Below, in pieces: positions 1 to 8,206 of a stretch of DNA of 28,964 bases. Position numbers and translations under genes: made by a program. Numbering within the stretch: the stretch's first letter is position 1; each line of letters starts with the position of its first letter. A model generated the notes under the pieces. The model did not search any database, was not told where the DNA came from, and worked only from the letters and a program-made list of their open reading frames with translations. Origin of the DNA: a virus (taxonomy: Duplodnaviria; Caudoviricetes); IMG/VR virus record IMGVR_UViG_3300025508_000116, positions 1-28,964 of that record. One strand, written 5' to 3'.

Positions 1-35
1 TCGCTCTGTGACCCATCATTTTTAATGATTTTCAA
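1..35 (-). CDS. 5' end of the next early-arm gene (partial; possible TTG start, MKIIKNDGSQS...)
   Basis: TTG at 35-33 lies immediately after the peptidase stop. The first residues resemble ATP-cone N-termini (xIIKxDG), but only 11 codons are visible. Confidence 0.25.
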   Translation of the reverse strand, partial: MKIIKNDGSQS

Positions 36-36
36 T

Positions 37-972
37 TCATACATTGTCGTCATCCTCCAAGTTTAATCCAAGTTCTTTCTTAAGTTCTGCCGCAGTGTAC
101 CCAATGTAGTGTAGGTAATCCGCAACTTCTGCTGCATGGTCATAGATCAAGTCTTCAATATCACCTTTCTCAATCAAGTCAATGACCTCTTGTGTCGTAC
201 CTTTGTCAGCCCTCTCAAAGTTAACAACCTTAGGGTCCCTCTTGATAACAAGCTTAGACCAATCAGCCTCAATAAGAGCAGGTACTAGTACACGCAGAAA
301 GTCAAGGTCCTGTGTCTCATATTTGGTATGTTGTTTCTCATACCCCACACTTAGATTAGTGCACTCAGGTATGTCGTCCCGATACTCATTGGAGTCAGTG
401 AATACACCGTGCTTATCCTTCTCCATACCTAAGTCTAGAATGTCAATAAGAGAATCAGCAAACTCGTCAGAACAAGTACGGTAACTCATCTGGTGTGTCA
501 CCACAGACTTAGTACCATATCTGTCAAAACTGATAGCAGCCTTAGCGTATTCCATCCAAGATTGCTTACTTAATACCATACCACTAGAGCCTAGGCAACC
601 TACTTCTTCACCTCCATGGACAATATAGATGCCCGGTACCTCAGCTTCAATCATCTCAAGAATGATCCATAGCCCTGTCGTACAGTCAGCCCCAAGGCAA
701 TCACCCTCAGGAGTATAAGCTGTATCAAGGGTTGTCTCTACTGTTTGGAAGCCCCCATTGAAGTGTACCGTGTCATGGTGAGCCATGAAGGCAACCTCAG
801 GGAAGCTACCATCGTCATTTAAGATAGTTGTGAAGTAGTTACCAAATTCATCTGGGTTACCGAATACAGGCTCAAGATACAACTCACAAAAGACTGTCTG
901 TGCGATACTACCTTCAGGACGCTGCCACCTAAGCATATCTAATAGGTAGTCAATGTCTGGTGTATAGGTCAT
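37..972 (-). CDS. Zinc-dependent peptidase/amidohydrolase, M28/M20/M42-like (copy 1)
   Basis: Motifs AFMAHHDTVH, LGADCTTG, GEEVGCLGS, ISFDRYG, FTDS and ECTNLSVGY..QH are typical of the aminopeptidase clan MH metal ligands. The start overlaps the upstream stop (ATGA). Confidence 0.85.
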   Translation of the reverse strand: MTYTPDIDYLLDMLRWQRPEGSIAQTVFCELYLEPVFGNPDEFGNYFTTILNDDGSFPEVAFMAHHDTVHFNGGFQTVETTLDTAYTPEGDCLGADCTTGLWIILEMIEAEVPGIYIVHGGEEVGCLGSSGMVLSKQSWMEYAKAAISFDRYGTKSVVTHQMSYRTCSDEFADSLIDILDLGMEKDKHGVFTDSNEYRDDIPECTNLSVGYEKQHTKYETQDLDFLRVLVPALIEADWSKLVIKRDPKVVNFERADKGTTQEVIDLIEKGDIEDLIYDHAAEVADYLHYIGYTAAELKKELGLNLEDDDNV

Positions 973-2405
973 GCTGTTTCCTTTTCTTTTTCATAGATGT
1001 AATCACCTTCATCGTCAAGCACCATGTACTTCTCTGCGTACTCCTTGGAGACGAGACCGTAGGGGCCAGAGTTAGAGAGAAGGTCGTCAACATGCCAGAC
1101 GTCACCAGTAGGCTCACACTCTCCATAGTCTCCACTGTAGCTGCTCATCCACACACTGTCAGTACCATAGCGAGTAGACACGTAGACCATTATAGCATCG
1201 TCAATGTGAATCTCATTACCATCTTCATCCTGCACGAAGGTATCATTGTAACAGCAGTCACAGTAGAAATCACCAGCCTCTGAGGTGCAGAGTTCGTCTT
1301 GATCTACCCCCTCTTCACAACCACAACAATGGTAACGAGCGCCCAAGCCTGCAAAACCTTCAGTACCCTGTGCTTCATAAGGGCCACTAGAAGTCAACCG
1401 GAACCCATCGTCATACTCTTCAAACTCTGCAGGACCGACATCAATGTAGGGCATAAGAACTTCTTTATAACAAGTCTCAATACGGAGAAGCTTAGCACCA
1501 GACCAGTCAGAGTAACTACCCATAACACAACCCATCTCCTTAATATGAGCCTCCAACATGTCAAGAGATTTCTCATCCACACCATAGCAAGGACCAGCTT
1601 GAGGTTTCTTACCCTCAGAGACACGAGTGTAGACCACACAACGACCAGCTACACGATCCTTATCATCCTTAAGGTAGATGATCGTAAAGTCACCTGAGGC
1701 ATAGACGATTGCTGGGTGTCTCTCACTAAATTCAAACTCACCCTGCATACAAGAGTTCTTAAGGGACTTCCTCATCTCGCATGTAGAGGGGGTAGCAGAG
1801 GGTGCAACTTCTCCAGCGTATGCGTACTCAAAATCATCTGACTTGGTACCTACATGGAGCGTATAGGACTTCTCAGAGTATATCTCACGGTACTTGTTCA
1901 CGAAGTCTTCAACCTCAGCATCAGATACATTTGGTTTAAGCATACGGAAGAACTTACCGGGCTTCATCTTAGTCTTACGGTTACGGAGGTAATCACGGAG
2001 ATTAACGTAGCACTCAACTGCGGCATCATCAATGGGGTTAGCACAAAGAAGCCTGTTGTACACAAATACATCATAACCCCAAGTATGACTAAAGCCAGAC
2101 CTATCCCCCTCCAAGTTACCTAACTGCTCAATAGTCTCAACACCACGAGCCTTGAACCAATCCGGCACTGTACCCATATAGCGTTGATTACCTTCTGCAT
2201 CTACATGGATGAGACGTTTATTGTTCCAGTAGAGAAGAAGGTCATGTATATTACACCAAAAAAGACCCGGAATATTAAAGTCGTTGGTTGGCTCATAAAG
2301 ATTCTCAGTATCTTCAAGGCGGTGTGGGTTCATCAAAGTCCCACCATAAACCATTACACGGTAGATACCTTCAACCAAGTACTCTTCTACAATCTTAGTA
2401 GCCAT
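969..2405 (-). CDS. Unknown 'NSCM'-motif protein with C-terminal Cys-rich (Zn-ribbon-like) acidic tail (copy 1)
   Basis: ATG 2405 is preceded by the SD AGGAG (the track start of 2450 overlaps the upstream gene). Motifs KNSCM, HP..Y..GDF, GRC and MPYID; CCGC...CDCC near the C-terminus. Paralogous to 3374..4408. Confidence 0.8.
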   Translation of the reverse strand: MATKIVEEYLVEGIYRVMVYGGTLMNPHRLEDTENLYEPTNDFNIPGLFWCNIHDLLLYWNNKRLIHVDAEGNQRYMGTVPDWFKARGVETIEQLGNLEGDRSGFSHTWGYDVFVYNRLLCANPIDDAAVECYVNLRDYLRNRKTKMKPGKFFRMLKPNVSDAEVEDFVNKYREIYSEKSYTLHVGTKSDDFEYAYAGEVAPSATPSTCEMRKSLKNSCMQGEFEFSERHPAIVYASGDFTIIYLKDDKDRVAGRCVVYTRVSEGKKPQAGPCYGVDEKSLDMLEAHIKEMGCVMGSYSDWSGAKLLRIETCYKEVLMPYIDVGPAEFEEYDDGFRLTSSGPYEAQGTEGFAGLGARYHCCGCEEGVDQDELCTSEAGDFYCDCCYNDTFVQDEDGNEIHIDDAIMVYVSTRYGTDSVWMSSYSGDYGECEPTGDVWHVDDLLSNSGPYGLVSKEYAEKYMVLDDEGDYIYEKEKETA

Positions 2406-2415
2406 TGTCTTTCTC

Positions 2416-3399
2416 CTAGTAGTTAGCCTCAAGCATCCGATTAAGGTCATGCGAGGTAGGGTTAATATTCAAGTCTTCAAGAAGTGAGGCAGCATCATAC
2501 CCCACATTCCTTAGTATGTCTGCAACTTCTTCTGGGTAGTCACTGCACAATTCAGCAAGGAAGCTAGTCTCTGCCCTAACTGCTGACTGATAGCCCCCAC
2601 TGTCGTTGTAGTAGTTGTCACCCCATGGGTCAAGGGAGGACCTAAAGATCATATCACGAGGGTCCCTTACAATATCCAGAGCACCCCAATCAGCATCAAT
2701 AAGATTACCAATAAGTTCCTCTAGGTAGTTAAGGTCCTGAGACTCATTGACACTATGCTGGTTGTAGTAACCCACTGAGATATTAGTACACTCAGGGATG
2801 AAGTGGATGTACTCAATGCTATCAGTGAAGGCACCAGTAGGATCAGGTGTCAGGTATGGCATACCCAAGGTGGACGACAAAGAAGTAGCAAACTCATCTG
2901 AGCAGGTACGTTCTCCCATCTGGTGCGTTATGATAGAAGTAGTTCCATACCTGTCGAAGCTGATAGCTGCCTCAACCTTGTCAAGATAGGGTGGTCTACG
3001 TTTAGCCAAAGCCTTAGAGCCTACACACCCAATCTCCTCCCCTGCATGAATGATATACACACCCGGTACATCAGCCTCAATCATACGAAGGATAATGTAT
3101 ACACCAGTTGTACAGTCAGCACCGAGACAAGACCTACTCCAGTTCTTCTCTGCAAGGGATACATGACCCTTACTACTTACGTGGATACGTTGGAAGCCTT
3201 GATCTTTGTGCACTGTATCATGATGAGCCATGAAGGCAATCTTAGGGTACTTAGAGCCTACCAAGAGGAAGTAGTTACCATCCTCATCAGGTTCACCAAA
3301 GACAGGCTCTAAGTATTTCTTACAGAAGAGGCGTTGGGCATTAGAACCCTCTGGCCTCATGTAGTTTAACATATCAAGTAGTTGTTGCATTTGCTTCAC
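2416..3399 (-). CDS. Zinc-dependent peptidase/amidohydrolase, M28/M20/M42-like (copy 2)
   Basis: Same motifs as 37..972 (AFMAHHDTVH, LGADCTTG, GEEIGC, ISFDRYG, ECTNISVGY..QH). The start may be ATG 3390. Confidence 0.85.
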   Translation of the reverse strand: MKQMQQLLDMLNYMRPEGSNAQRLFCKKYLEPVFGEPDEDGNYFLLVGSKYPKIAFMAHHDTVHKDQGFQRIHVSSKGHVSLAEKNWSRSCLGADCTTGVYIILRMIEADVPGVYIIHAGEEIGCVGSKALAKRRPPYLDKVEAAISFDRYGTTSIITHQMGERTCSDEFATSLSSTLGMPYLTPDPTGAFTDSIEYIHFIPECTNISVGYYNQHSVNESQDLNYLEELIGNLIDADWGALDIVRDPRDMIFRSSLDPWGDNYYNDSGGYQSAVRAETSFLAELCSDYPEEVADILRNVGYDAASLLEDLNINPTSHDLNRMLEANY

Positions 3400-4408
3400 C
3401 CATTAGTTCACCCCTTAGTTCTTGATACCTCTGAATTGCACTACGTAATTCTGCCATATCACGCTCATATCCGGTGGAGACAGTTACTGTAGAGCAGGCA
3501 TTTGATGAAGGCTGAAAGGTACCTTCAGTACTTGGTTTTTTAATCACACGCCTAAACTCTGCAAGACCAGTAGCACCTGAAGCATTTACAGTTCCTGTGC
3601 AGTCTTTAACCTCATAGCCACCACCGTAGTAGTAGAACATGTCATCCGCTGGGTTAAGCATCAATTTAGTGTGATCTAGGTCAATGTAAGGTAGTACCTT
3701 GTAGTCATGACAATCATCAGTATGATCAATGTTTTTAAATCGGGCACCCTTCCAATCCCTAGAGATAGCAATAGTAACACCCTCTGCGGTAAGCCTTTCA
3801 ACAAAAACAGAGTAAGCCTTGTTAGAGACACAGTAGATAGGTGCCCTTGTGTTGGTCAAGGTACAGATCACAGTACGAGCAAGCATTAAGCCTTCCTCAT
3901 TGTACAGGGTAGCAACCTTGAAATCACCAGTATCATAAGCAGTAGCAGGGTGAGCAGGGTAACCGTCCTTTCCTACATAGTCATACCGCATACAAGAGTT
4001 GTATTGGCTCTTCTTGTCGTTAGTAGTATCGAAGTAACTCTCCTTCATGAACTTACCAGTGAAGGCTTCTTCAAAGTTGTTACCCTCAGTGTACACCCAA
4101 GCTGAGGTATCAACAAGGTACTCACCATTTACAGCAGAGGATACCTTCTCTAGGTCATAGTCATCTATATCAGGGATGATCTGTTTGAGCATACGGCCCA
4201 CCTTACCTACACGGTGCTTAGCGTCAGGCTTAGGGCGAAACCCTACTTGATTGTTGACAACCCTAAGGTCATGGTACATCATCAACTCCCTGCGTGATTG
4301 AGCAAAGGGTAATATACCTGAGATAAAGTCACACAAATCCTCATCTCCACGGTGGATACAAGGACCGTACTCACCTATAATCTTGAAGTAGTCTGTATAC
4401 CTAGACAT
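3374..4408 (-). CDS. Unknown 'NSCM'-motif protein (copy 2, lacks the Cys-rich tail)
   Basis: 344-aa ORF with SD AAGGAG. Motifs YNSCM, HPATAYDTGDF, ART, WKGA and LPYID align with 969..2405. Confidence 0.8.
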   Translation of the reverse strand: MSRYTDYFKIIGEYGPCIHRGDEDLCDFISGILPFAQSRRELMMYHDLRVVNNQVGFRPKPDAKHRVGKVGRMLKQIIPDIDDYDLEKVSSAVNGEYLVDTSAWVYTEGNNFEEAFTGKFMKESYFDTTNDKKSQYNSCMRYDYVGKDGYPAHPATAYDTGDFKVATLYNEEGLMLARTVICTLTNTRAPIYCVSNKAYSVFVERLTAEGVTIAISRDWKGARFKNIDHTDDCHDYKVLPYIDLDHTKLMLNPADDMFYYYGGGYEVKDCTGTVNASGATGLAEFRRVIKKPSTEGTFQPSSNACSTVTVSTGYERDMAELRSAIQRYQELRGELMGEANATTT

Positions 4409-4420
4409 TCTTAATACTCC

Positions 4421-4861
4421 TTATGCTGATTTTCTGAGTACAGTGGACACTGAACATTCAAGACTCTTAGCTATTGCAGCAATAGTCCAACCTTGTTTAC
4501 GAAGGATTTTAACAGCCTCGCCAGATACATTCATATTGAGCTTACGTACCAGTGTTGGTGTACCTACATCGAAGGACTTAATCTCCTCTTCACTCATAGG
4601 AAAGGGGACCATATCATCCAACTTGATAGGCTCACCATTAAGCAAGGGTTGTTCATCTTCATAGACGATAATAGTCTCACGGTCACGGCTCCAGCGAGTA
4701 CGCATCCCCTTAAAGTTAGAGTTATAAGGTGATACACTCATACGAGTAACCTGCTTCTTGTTGGTCATCTTCAGAACACGCAAGGGTGTCTTATAGTAGA
4801 GCACTTGCTGCCCATCCATCTGGTTGTACTTGATGATTGCTTTTACTTGTACAGTTTTCAT
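4421..4861 (-). CDS. DNA-binding protein with C-terminal helix-turn-helix
   Basis: The C-terminus LRKQGWTIAAIAKSLECSVSTVLRK is a classic HTH (resolvase/Hin-like). SD AAGGA. Confidence 0.75.
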   Translation of the reverse strand: MKTVQVKAIIKYNQMDGQQVLYYKTPLRVLKMTNKKQVTRMSVSPYNSNFKGMRTRWSRDRETIIVYEDEQPLLNGEPIKLDDMVPFPMSEEEIKSFDVGTPTLVRKLNMNVSGEAVKILRKQGWTIAAIAKSLECSVSTVLRKSA

Positions 4862-4900
4862 TGTCTCATTCCTTTGTTTTGTGTTTATGATAGAAGTAGA

Positions 4901-5149
4901 TTAAAATGTCGATATGGTTTCAGTGGGTTGATTTGATCGGCGCTCTTCGATGATATCAAGGATAGCCTTAACCATATCTAAAGCCTCCTCCTCACTCATG
5001 TGGATTGTGTTACCCTCGTTATGGTGATCCCAAAGAGCTACGACACCGTCATAGTTATAGTTTGCAGATACTTCACCCACTACAAAGGTACAGACAGAGT
5101 TTCCATCGTATGAAGAAGCTACCCCCCTGAATAGTTTATTCTCTGGCAT
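4901..5149 (-). CDS. Small hypothetical early protein
   Basis: 82-aa ORF directly abutting the upstream stop; SD GGAG; codon style matches the arm. Confidence 0.7.
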   Translation of the reverse strand: MPENKLFRGVASSYDGNSVCTFVVGEVSANYNYDGVVALWDHHNEGNTIHMSEEEALDMVKAILDIIEERRSNQPTETISTF

Positions 5150-5329
5150 CTATTCACTCCACAAATAGTAGGTATTTCCGTTTGGGTCAGTAATCTCGCC
5201 ATCACCTGCCCGCACGTCATTAGGGTACAGAAATGCGATACGTTCCTTGGCGTCCTCAAGGGACAAAGCCTTAACATCACCTAGACAAGCACCACTGTCT
5301 GTTTCAAACCAATAACTATACTCATCCAT
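5150..5329 (-). CDS. Small acidic hypothetical early protein
   Basis: Likely ATG 5329 (MDEYSYWF...) with SD GGAG/GAG; the track start is 5347. Confidence 0.65.
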   Translation of the reverse strand: MDEYSYWFETDSGACLGDVKALSLEDAKERIAFLYPNDVRAGDGEITDPNGNTYYLWSE

Positions 5330-5459
5330 CGTACTCACTCCACTCATAGAACCAGCCCCATTGTCCGAGACCGAATGTTACCCCATCCACAGTAGGATAG
5401 GCCCAAAAATTACTGCCCAAGGTATAGGCAAAGATTGCGACAAGAAGGTATCTACTCAT
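5322..5459 (-). CDS. 45-aa hydrophobic/aromatic peptide (not in ORF track)
   Basis: MSRYLLVAIFAYTLGSNFWAYPTVDGVTFGLGQWGWFYEWSEYDG. TAATG coupling to the upstream gene and SD AGGAG; fills the gap in the gene run. Confidence 0.6.
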   Translation of the reverse strand: MSRYLLVAIFAYTLGSNFWAYPTVDGVTFGLGQWGWFYEWSEYDG

Positions 5460-5662
5460 TATACACTCTCCTGCTTATTAAGCCTAGATCGCAGTGCCAT
5501 CCAGCGTTCACCACAGGCTGCACTTGTAGCTCCACTCCTTGTGGCATGGTACAATGCTTCCCCCTCATCCACACCTTGTTTAGGTGCATAGATAGGGCAA
5601 CCACCAGCTAAGGCCCTCGCTTCACGCTCCGCAAGTCTTAGTTGTTCAATAGGAGTACTCAC
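5459..5662 (-). CDS. Small hypothetical early protein
   Basis: GTG start overlaps the upstream TGA; 67 aa. Confidence 0.6.
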   Translation of the reverse strand: MSTPIEQLRLAEREARALAGGCPIYAPKQGVDEGEALYHATRSGATSAACGERWMALRSRLNKQESV

Positions 5663-5829
5663 TTCACCCTCTCCACGATTACTTGGTTCACGTCACGCAT
5701 CCGGTAACGCCATCCATGTTTACGGACTAGTTGGTCCACGATAATGTCTTGAAGTGATTGCTCACTGTTGTATGCAGGTGCATCACAAGGGATAGGCCCA
5801 CGTCCGTCATTATAGTCAAGGTAAGTCAT
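5659..5829 (-). CDS. 56-aa hypothetical protein (not in ORF track)
   Basis: MTYLDYNDGRGPIPCDAPAYNSEQSLQDIIVDQLVRKHGWRYRMRDVNQVIVERVK; SD GAGGTG; fills the gap exactly. Confidence 0.6.
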   Translation of the reverse strand: MTYLDYNDGRGPIPCDAPAYNSEQSLQDIIVDQLVRKHGWRYRMRDVNQVIVERVK

Positions 5830-5830
5830 A

Positions 5831-6016
5831 TCACATCACCTCTCTCACGCAGGTAATCTCAAGGATGTTGCAATCCACATCTTCACCCACCTCACCATGG
5901 AAAGACTCAAAATACTCACAAGCCTCTGCAAGACTTTTACCGTAAATGTTTTGACTGTATCTTCCTGTAACACGCCAGTCAGCGTCATGAGTTACCCACT
6001 CAAAATAGTATTCCAT
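5831..6016 (-). CDS. Small hypothetical early protein
   Basis: 61 aa, SD GAGGA. Confidence 0.65.
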   Translation of the reverse strand: MEYYFEWVTHDADWRVTGRYSQNIYGKSLAEACEYFESFHGEVGEDVDCNILEITCVREVM

Positions 6017-6032
6017 TGTTCCTCATCCTTCC

Positions 6033-6260
6033 TTATACGTAACGCCATTCGGTGACTACAGGACACCGCATAGAGTAGTCACCATTCTCGTCGGAAACCT
6101 CTTCAGGCCAGAACCAATCCATTTCTTCACCCTCTTCGGTGATGGTAACCGTGTCTTCGTCCCCGTCGAAAAACTTTACCTCGACAGTGTTGACCATCGC
6201 AGGACGCTCATAGTTAAAGCCACCACGGTATTCAACCCATACATTTTTATTTTCCATCAC
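6033..6260 (-). CDS. Small acidic hypothetical early protein
   Basis: 75 aa, SD AAGGA; ends in a V.EWR motif. Confidence 0.65.
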   Translation of the reverse strand: MMENKNVWVEYRGGFNYERPAMVNTVEVKFFDGDEDTVTITEEGEEMDWFWPEEVSDENGDYSMRCPVVTEWRYV

Positions 6261-6291
6261 ATCATTCCTTCTGTTGGTAGGTGAAAAGAAT

Positions 6292-6340
6292 AATGCACCC
6301 CAAGCCTAACCTTAGAAAGATTAGAGTTAGGGTACACATT
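6292..6340 (-). other. Long imperfect hairpin (RNase III-type processing site or terminator) after the first early gene
   Basis: On the - strand GTACCCTAA/TTGGGGTGC and CTAATCTT/AAGGTTAG pair (with G-U pairs), followed by ATTATTCTTTTC. Confidence 0.5.
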
Positions 6341-6349
6341 TCAACTCAC

Positions 6350-6979
6350 TTATGAAGCGGCATTAAGTGCAGCTTGGAGTGCAGCAATATCTTTTGTCAA
6401 TTGTGCCTGCATCTCCATCTTTACAGCCAATTCATCATAGCCCTTGTCCACGGCTGATTTTGTGGTTCGTTCAATTGTGGATACTGCAAATTCATGTGTT
6501 TGTTCGGCTGATTTAGGTGCAGCATCTTCCTCACTTTTAGGTGCAAGAGCCGCCTTGATCGCAGTGCCACCCAATGAAACTTTCTTCTGGACCAGCGCCA
6601 TCACTTTGGCAACAGCACCTTCATTAATATCAGCATCCCCAATTGTTACACGCAATCCGGTTGGTTGTTTCTTGTCCACGTCAATCTTGATCCCCGGCAA
6701 CACGGCTTCACAAACAATCCGCAAGTTAGATACCGCCTTGCGGTCCCCGTCTGCGATACCATTGGCGAGGTGGTTTGCAAGCAACGTCCAATCACCGTCA
6801 GGACCTTTAGCGACACGGATACGGTCGATTGTGCCTTCAATAATATTGGCACCATTATTCTTACGTGCAGTCCACCAAGCACGGCTTTGCTTTTTCATGG
6901 CTTTGGTGTCAACTTGCGTGGTCACGGTCAGAGCATTAGCGGTCGATACATTTACAGCGTTCATTGTAGAAGTCATCAT
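6350..6979 (-). CDS. First early-arm protein, unknown function (Ala/Lys-rich)
   Basis: 209 aa, strong SD AAAGGA, first ORF after the leader. Confidence 0.8.
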   Translation of the reverse strand: MMTSTMNAVNVSTANALTVTTQVDTKAMKKQSRAWWTARKNNGANIIEGTIDRIRVAKGPDGDWTLLANHLANGIADGDRKAVSNLRIVCEAVLPGIKIDVDKKQPTGLRVTIGDADINEGAVAKVMALVQKKVSLGGTAIKAALAPKSEEDAAPKSAEQTHEFAVSTIERTTKSAVDKGYDELAVKMEMQAQLTKDIAALQAALNAAS

Positions 6980-7250
6980 CTTATCATTCCTTTTAAAGAT
7001 GCAGAATTACATCATAAGGCACAACCTAAAAGATTGTGACCTAGCTATAATTCCATAGCCCCCTCATGGCGTACAATCGTTGCACGTCCAGAATTATACT
7101 GGCGGGTTTTGGCAAGCCCCGTGTTTACCACGACCTGCGACCAGTCCACTGTTTTCTATTAATCTGGACCAGCCACAATGGGAGCCGCGTTTTGTCATAC
7201 GTCCATGATCGGTTTTCACCTAGGAAGTTCAGATTGCCTTAGGGGCACAA

Positions 7251-7264
7251 AATGTCAAAGAGCG
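7251..7264 (-). promoter_or_regulatory. boxA antitermination element (CGCTCTTTGACATT)
   Basis: The reverse complement of 7251-7264 matches the boxA consensus (C/T)GCTCTTT(A/G)ACA and lies in the early leader in the sense orientation. Confidence 0.65.
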
Positions 7265-7429
7265 TTGGCGTTGATCTGATTTCCGGTATCCTCTTTTCAC
7301 TCCGCATCTAATCCAGTCGCAACCTTCTTAGACACCGCAAGCGATCCAATTCAACTTTCTATCCAGCACCGACCCCCTTAGTCCCGTGGGGGCTTACCGT
7401 CCCGACCCCCTGTTCCGTTTGGGCCGTTT

Positions 7430-7490
7430 CGATGAATCACTTAAATCACAGGTCTTGATTGGGGTAAACAACTATTTTTACTTTCTTATA
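7430..7490 (-). promoter_or_regulatory. Putative leftward early promoter
   Basis: An A/T-rich UP-like tract is followed by TTTACC...GATTTAAGT and then ATCGAAAC. The position at the head of the leader fits, but the -10 match is weak. Confidence 0.35.
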
Positions 7491-7522
7491 AGTGATTGAA
7501 AACAAAGGATAAATCGACCTAT

Positions 7523-7558
7523 GTTCTACTTTGTTCCTGATTCGTTCCTGATTCGGTC
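7523..7558 (+). promoter_or_regulatory. Tandem alphaproteobacterial LexA-box array
   Basis: GTTC-N6-GTTC-N7-GTTC-N7-GGTC, with a perfect GTTC-N7-GTTC at 7533-7547. Confidence 0.65.
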
Positions 7559-7714
7559 CCCCATTTTCTGCTGTAGGTTGTGAAATTAGTTTAGTGCAAC
7601 TTAAGGTAGTCCTTTTTATATTATATAGTATACGGTTTTTTAGCATTCCAGCAACCTAGAGGTGATCAACTAGGGATGACAGTAGTGGACCCCTAACTAT
7701 ACCTGAAGGATACC

Positions 7715-7740
7715 GTTCCTGATTCGTTCCTATTGTGTTG
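7715..7740 (+). promoter_or_regulatory. LexA-box array
   Basis: GTTC-ctgattc-GTTC-ctattgt-GTTG. Confidence 0.65.
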
Positions 7741-7876
7741 CAAGAAAGACACGTCAACAGATTAATCGTTATATTCAATAAACTGAATGTGATTAAATAA
7801 TAGGCAGATAGGCGACAAAGTAACGGGATGTTACAAGATGGCTTAAACCTTGAAACAATGTGATCGGATAAAGAAT

Positions 7877-7891
7877 GAACAAGATAGGAAC
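7877..7891 (-). promoter_or_regulatory. LexA box (opposite orientation)
   Basis: GAAC-aagatag-GAAC, followed by a degenerate GAAT. Confidence 0.6.
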
Positions 7892-8072
7892 AGAAGTGAA
7901 TACCGCGAAACAAGCCCGCTAAGCTGTCAAGTCGGTGCGCCCCCTAGTCGTTCTATATCAGATTGAAGCCGCCCCCTTGCGCCCCCTTATATCGCCGCTA
8001 TGGGCTTGGATATGTTAGCAGTAGAGTGAAGATATATTTAGTCGCCTGTTGGTTGTCTTGTATGTTACATTC

Positions 8073-8114
8073 GGTGTACGGTATGTGGTATGTAGTGTGT
8101 GATATGTGGTATGG
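8073..8114 (+). repeat. Six degenerate 7-bp tandem repeats (consensus GGTATGT)
   Basis: ggtgtac ggtatgt ggtatgt agtgtgt gatatgt ggtatgg. Confidence 0.7.
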
Positions 8115-8191
8115 TAGTTACATGAAACTTTCTTTCCTGCGAGTGAACAACCTAATAATGTAACAGGCATTAACATTCGCACCCGTATGGT

Positions 8192-8206
8192 GTTCTCTTT
8201 TTGTTC
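8192..8206 (+). promoter_or_regulatory. LexA box
   Basis: GTTC-tcttttt-GTTC. Confidence 0.6.

Noticed and set aside
6444-7058. 204-aa + strand ORF
   Set aside because: Antisense shadow of the 6350..6979 gene.
7093-7115. - strand promoter TTGCCA...TATAAT within the early leader
   Set aside because: The spacer is only 11 bp, and both elements sit in predicted hairpins.
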